64,000 bases of DNA from a bacterium (GTDB lineage: Bacteria; UBA8248; JACPRG01; G963555815): the NCBI GenBank assembly GCA_965218795.1, contig OZ244653.1:3136001-3200000 (forward strand), written 5' to 3'. Positions 60,194-64,000 of the stretch are shown piece after piece. Both the position numbers and the translations under genes were made by a program. The stretch's first letter is position 1. The number at the start of each line of letters is the position of its first letter. The notes below the pieces were generated by a model. That model saw only the letters and a list, made by a program, of their open reading frames with translations, ran no database searches and was not told the origin of the DNA.

Positions 60194-60248
60194 TGCGTCA
60201 AGATACCCCTTCGGCTCGGAAAACCGACCTTCCGTAATTCGAAGCCTG

Positions 60249-60704
60249 TTATCCGCCTCCTGCGGGTACTCCAGGTCCCTGCGGGCCGAAAATTTTGTAG
60301 AGCATCAGATAGATGACCACGCCGGTGATCGATACGTAAATCCAGATGGGAAGGGTCCACCGGGCGATTCGCCGATGTTTGTCGAACTGCTCTCTCCAGG
60401 CCCGGTACAGCGTGATCAATACCAACGGGACGATGGCGGCCGCCAGGATCGTGTGGGAGATCAGGATGGTGAAATACAGGGGCCGCGCCCAGCCTTGTCC
60501 TCCAAACCGGACGGAGCCTACATGAAAATGGTAGGTCAGGTATGAAATCAAGAAAAGGATGGAAACCGCGAACGCCGAGAGCATGCATGCCTTATGGGCG
60601 CGGACCTGCTTCCGGCGGATGAAGACAAAACCGCAAATCAGAAGAAGAGCGCTGATCGAGTTGAGCGTGGCATTGACTGCGGGCAAAGAAGTAACGGAAA
60701 GCAC
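60249..60704 (-). CDS. DUF420 family membrane protein (oxidase cluster associated)
   Basis: LPAVNATLN, FLISYLTYH, YF.ILISH, HRRIARWT.PIW.YVSITGV. Confidence 0.88.
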   Translation of the reverse strand: MLSVTSLPAVNATLNSISALLLICGFVFIRRKQVRAHKACMLSAFAVSILFLISYLTYHFHVGSVRFGGQGWARPLYFTILISHTILAAAIVPLVLITLYRAWREQFDKHRRIARWTLPIWIYVSITGVVIYLMLYKIFGPQGPGVPAGGG

Positions 60705-60819
60705 AAGTGGACCATCTCAGGGGTCGTTGACTACGCAGACGCCTTCATTCGCAACGGAGGCACGGCATCAGGAGGATGGCGCAATTCTACCGGCACCCGA
60801 ACTTCGCGGCGGGGGCGGG

Positions 60820-61215
60820 CTAGTCGTCCTCTTCTTCTTCTTCTTCTTCGTCGTCGTCCTCATCCTCGTCTTCGTCTTCATCCTCCGCATCGTCGCTGTC
60901 CGCAACCTGCTCGACGCCCCATGTCTTCGAGGTCTGGTGGTCGACCGTCAACAGATCCGGGAAGAGCATCAGCAAAAGGAATATGCAGAGCACAAGCGGG
61001 GTCAGGACGATGGCGCCCATGGTCTTTTTCTCAAAACGCAGGTGCATGAAGTACATGGCGACAAGGCCGGCCTTGCCCAACGCCATGATGACCAGAAGGA
61101 TGACCTTGGCTATCTTGGCAATCGGCGCGATTGCGGCGAGGATCTCGAGAACAGTCAGGACGAACAACCATCCGAAGATGGCCATGTAATTGGGTTCTTG
61201 GTGCTCTTCTGCCAT
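60820..61215 (-). CDS. cytochrome c oxidase subunit IV family protein with poly-Asp/Glu tail
   Basis: L.VLTVLE, KAGLVAMYFMHLRFE; ATG at 61215. Confidence 0.85.
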   Translation of the reverse strand: MAEEHQEPNYMAIFGWLFVLTVLEILAAIAPIAKIAKVILLVIMALGKAGLVAMYFMHLRFEKKTMGAIVLTPLVLCIFLLLMLFPDLLTVDHQTSKTWGVEQVADSDDAEDEDEDEDEDDDEEEEEEEDD

Positions 61216-61246
61216 TGAGAATTTCCTTTGCGAAAAAGCCGGGATA

Positions 61247-61855
61247 TTACAGCAGGTACACGAATGTGAAGACCAGGATCCAGACCAGATCGACGAAATG
61301 CCAATACAGCCCGGCCACTTCAACCCGCTGGAATTTCCCACCGTCATACCGTCCGGTCTTGCCCTCAAAGTAGACGCAGAGCAGATAGATGACCCCGCCG
61401 GTCACATGCGCCCCGTGAAATCCCGTGATGGCGAAAAAGGTCGCGCCGAACAAAGAAGAGCCCCAAGGGTTCGACCATAACGCCAAGCCCTGGTGCATCA
61501 GGTGGGCCCACTCATAGGCCTGTAGACACAGGAAGATGAATCCTCCGCCGGCGGTCAACAAGATGAAGCGGTCGAAACGCTTCCTATCGCCGTGCCTTAC
61601 GGCCGAAAGGGCTTTGACCATGGTGACACTGCTGCAGATCAGCAGAAACGTCATAAACCCCGGCAGGTTGACGCCGAGAAGCTGGGGGGCATTGGGCCAA
61701 TCGACGCTGCCGATCCGGATCGCGCCGTAACACGCCAGCAGACCGCCAAAGGTCATGGCGTCTCCAACCAGGAAAAGCCACATCCCCAGTTTTCCCCAGC
61801 TTTCCGGGGTCAGGGGAGATTGATACGCCTCCTCGTGAGTTGCCGCATGTTGCAT
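61247..61855 (-). CDS. cytochrome c oxidase subunit III family protein
   Basis: GKLGMWLFLVGDAMTF, TFLLICSS, FFAITGFHGAHV, GLYWHFVDLVW. Confidence 0.92.
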   Translation of the reverse strand: MQHAATHEEAYQSPLTPESWGKLGMWLFLVGDAMTFGGLLACYGAIRIGSVDWPNAPQLLGVNLPGFMTFLLICSSVTMVKALSAVRHGDRKRFDRFILLTAGGGFIFLCLQAYEWAHLMHQGLALWSNPWGSSLFGATFFAITGFHGAHVTGGVIYLLCVYFEGKTGRYDGGKFQRVEVAGLYWHFVDLVWILVFTFVYLL

Positions 61856-62169
61856 CAGTAGCCGCTCTCCTCTTGGGTCAGGGCCGGGCGCCGCGGGGGG
61901 CCGTTCAGGTCCCGGGACTGTCCCCGACGATACATTCGAACCAGCCAATAGGCAATGGAACCAATCACGGCAAACGGCATCAAGACCAAGAATGCCCAAC
62001 TGACGATGAATCCCGTCAGCGGTTCGCCGTCACCGAAGCACACCGCACATGCCTGGGCGGTTCCACGACCGATCCACCATGAGCAAAAAGCCGCCGGAAT
62101 GGACACTCGAATCAACCTGAACCGTGCCGAATTCACCTTCCGCTCCGTTGACGTGCGGGCCGCCCGCAA
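61855..62169 (-). CDS. small membrane protein in oxidase cluster
   Basis: AQACAVCFG followed by one TM segment; stop overlaps the next ATG. Confidence 0.55.
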   Translation of the reverse strand: MRAARTSTERKVNSARFRLIRVSIPAAFCSWWIGRGTAQACAVCFGDGEPLTGFIVSWAFLVLMPFAVIGSIAYWLVRMYRRGQSRDLNGPPRRPALTQEESGY

Positions 62170-62173
62170 GGTT

Positions 62174-62866
62174 TCAACTCAAATAGACAAGACCGAATAG
62201 AACCGGCCACAGTCCAACGACGAAATACCAGTATATCGCGCACAATTCAAGCCTCGTCCGGGAACGGGACCCGAAAGGCGCGTCGCGCAAGACGAAGAAA
62301 ACGCTGACCAGCCAGACGACCGCGCCCAGGACGTGCAAACCGTGAAATCCAATCAGCGTATAAAAAGTTCCCCCGTAGACCCCGCTGGAGATTGTCAACC
62401 CGAAGTGAATCAGCCGGGCCCATTCGCTGCCTTGGACCACCAGGAAGACAAGGCCGAGAACGGATGTCAGCAACAGATATCGTACGGACTTCGGCCGGTT
62501 CCCACACTTCCATGCGATCGACGCCCGCACCATGGTCCACGCGCTCAAGAGCAGCACCGCCGTATTGACCGACGTGATACCAAGCGGCAGGCGCGGCTGG
62601 AAGGGCGGAGGCCAAATCTGGCTCCCGTAGCGAAACACCAGGAATGCGCCGATCAGCCCGGCAAAAAACATCGCCTCGGCGCCGAGAAATACCGCTATTC
62701 CGATATACCCATTGCCGACCACCGGCCGCGGGAAATCCCCTTCGGGCTCAGGTCTCGGACCGTCTCCGCCCGCCGGCGGGTCTCCGGGCGGAACGGGAGG
62801 CCCCTGCCCGAAATCCTCCAGGCTCTCCTCGGCGATAGCCTCTCCGACGGGTACGGTACCGACCAT
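62174..62866 (-). CDS. cytochrome c oxidase subunit III family protein (second paralogue)
   Basis: FLGAEAMFFAG, NTAVLLLS, FYTLIGFHGLHV, YWYFV. Confidence 0.9.
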   Translation of the reverse strand: MVGTVPVGEAIAEESLEDFGQGPPVPPGDPPAGGDGPRPEPEGDFPRPVVGNGYIGIAVFLGAEAMFFAGLIGAFLVFRYGSQIWPPPFQPRLPLGITSVNTAVLLLSAWTMVRASIAWKCGNRPKSVRYLLLTSVLGLVFLVVQGSEWARLIHFGLTISSGVYGGTFYTLIGFHGLHVLGAVVWLVSVFFVLRDAPFGSRSRTRLELCAIYWYFVVGLWPVLFGLVYLS

Positions 62867-63047
62867 GCTTCATGACTCCGGCCCCTCGGCATGAGAGGGG
62901 GGCGTCAAACGGATTTCCAGCCGATCAATTCAACGTCACGATTCCGACGACAGCGAGCGTAAACATCAACGCGAGAACGAGCAGAATGATCCGTCCCATC
63001 CGCCGGTTGCGCGTCTTGACATCCGCTCCAATCATTCACTGACCCAA

Positions 63048-63953
63048 TCAGGCCGCAATCTTGTCCAACACCATCAAGAAGAGAAGCAACGGCAGATGAA
63101 CCAACGAACCCAACAGCAACACCCTCGCCTTCATCACGCTCAAGGAAACCGCCGCCGATATTCCGCACGCCAAAAAGCCCAGGCCGGCGGCCAGCGCGGC
63201 GAAGAAATACCCCTGTCCGGCCAATCCCAGCAGGGTCGGCATGAGGCTCAAAACGAGCAGGGCCAGGCAGTTGATGAGAATCTGCCGGCCAACGCCCCGC
63301 GGGTCGGCATCTTTGCTGACGATATGGTGGACGCCCGCGCGCGCGTATTCCTCCTTGTAAAGCCAGCCGATGGCCAAGAGGTGCGGAAACTGCCAAACGA
63401 ACATGATGGCAAACAGGATCCAGGCTTCCAGGGGCAAACTCCCCGCAGCCGCGGCCCATCCGACCAGCGGCGGAAGCGCGCCGGCCACGGCCCCCGGCAA
63501 ATTGCAAAATTCCGTCTTCAGCTTCATCGGGGTATACATCAACAGGTACGTCACAACGATGACAGCGGTCAGCAATCCGGTCAGGCCATTGACGGCAAAG
63601 GTCACATACACCAATCCCGCAGTCGTCATCAAAAGCCCGAAAGCCAAGGCCTCGCCGGTCTTCAATCGTCCGTCCGGCAGCGGTCTCAGGCGTGTCCGAT
63701 CCATTCGGCCGTCCACCTCCCGCTCCAGATATTGGTTGAGGGCGAGGGTCCCCGAGGTCGTCAACGCCATGGCCAACAGCGTCTGGAACAGCATCCAGTA
63801 ATCCACCGCGCCCCGTGACCCCATGTAAAAACCGACCAGGATGGCCGTGAGCACCATCAGGACGACGCGGGGTTTGCTCATCGCCAGAAAATCGGCGGCG
63901 CGCCTCCGCACACTGGTGTTGCCAGCCTCGATGAATTGCGCTCGGGTCGTCAT
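63048..63953 (-). CDS. ctaB: protoheme IX farnesyltransferase (heme O synthase)
   Basis: KPRV, NQYLEREVD..M.RT..RPLP, YTPMK, GALPPLVGW, WQFPH, EEYARAG. Confidence 0.95.
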   Translation of the reverse strand: MTTRAQFIEAGNTSVRRRAADFLAMSKPRVVLMVLTAILVGFYMGSRGAVDYWMLFQTLLAMALTTSGTLALNQYLEREVDGRMDRTRLRPLPDGRLKTGEALAFGLLMTTAGLVYVTFAVNGLTGLLTAVIVVTYLLMYTPMKLKTEFCNLPGAVAGALPPLVGWAAAAGSLPLEAWILFAIMFVWQFPHLLAIGWLYKEEYARAGVHHIVSKDADPRGVGRQILINCLALLVLSLMPTLLGLAGQGYFFAALAAGLGFLACGISAAVSLSVMKARVLLLGSLVHLPLLLFLMVLDKIAA

Positions 63954-64000
63954 GCGGGCACCTGCTCCGTCACCCAGCTCCGGGCTTCGGCGGGCGTCCT
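63950..64000 (-). CDS. 3' end of upstream gene (identity unknown; heme A synthase is a guess from context)
   Basis: Open frame ...RTPAEARSWVTEQVPA* ending in an ATGA overlap with the ctaB start. Confidence 0.4.
   Translation of the reverse strand, partial: RTPAEARSWVTEQVPA

Noticed and set aside
1-64000. CRISPR arrays, tRNA/rRNA genes, transposases, integrases or prophage genes
   Set aside because: No regularly spaced repeats, cloverleaf or rRNA signatures, or recombinase/phage motifs were seen

Overview
High-GC bacterial chromosome segment dominated by energy metabolism; no rRNA, tRNA, CRISPR array or intact transposase was seen. In order: cysC (partial) and sat, two paralogous MFS transporters with an amidohydrolase, a small islet of two short genes that looks like a gene-cassette relic, and a tandem-domain thyX. 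Next come two back-to-back complex I (nuo) operons: a 10-gene set nuoABCDHJKLMN lacking nuoE/F/G and also nuoI, and a complete 14-gene set nuoA-N. Divergent from them are a NuoE-NuoF (FdsG-FdsB) fusion and a Cys-type formate dehydrogenase alpha subunit. Further on are a methyltransferase, hsp20, bioF-bioA-rhodanese-bioD, and an operon of yqeB (selenium-dependent Mo-hydroxylase accessory), a CbbQ/NorQ-type AAA+ ATPase, a VWA protein and a broken ornithine-cyclodeaminase-like gene. The last third holds rimI, cvpA, frameshifted eIF-2B-like and epimerase genes, glycerate kinase-pyk, a nested palindromic repeat with a candidate structured RNA, yqgE, and the distal part of a heme-copper oxidase cluster (ctaB, two subunit III genes, subunit IV, DUF420, DUF983, ABC-2 exporter). 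Best leads: the NuoI-less complex I beside a full complex I and an FDH module, and the yqeB-AAA-VWA operon as a candidate selenium/Moco maturation chaperone. All calls come from reading motifs by eye; no database search was run.
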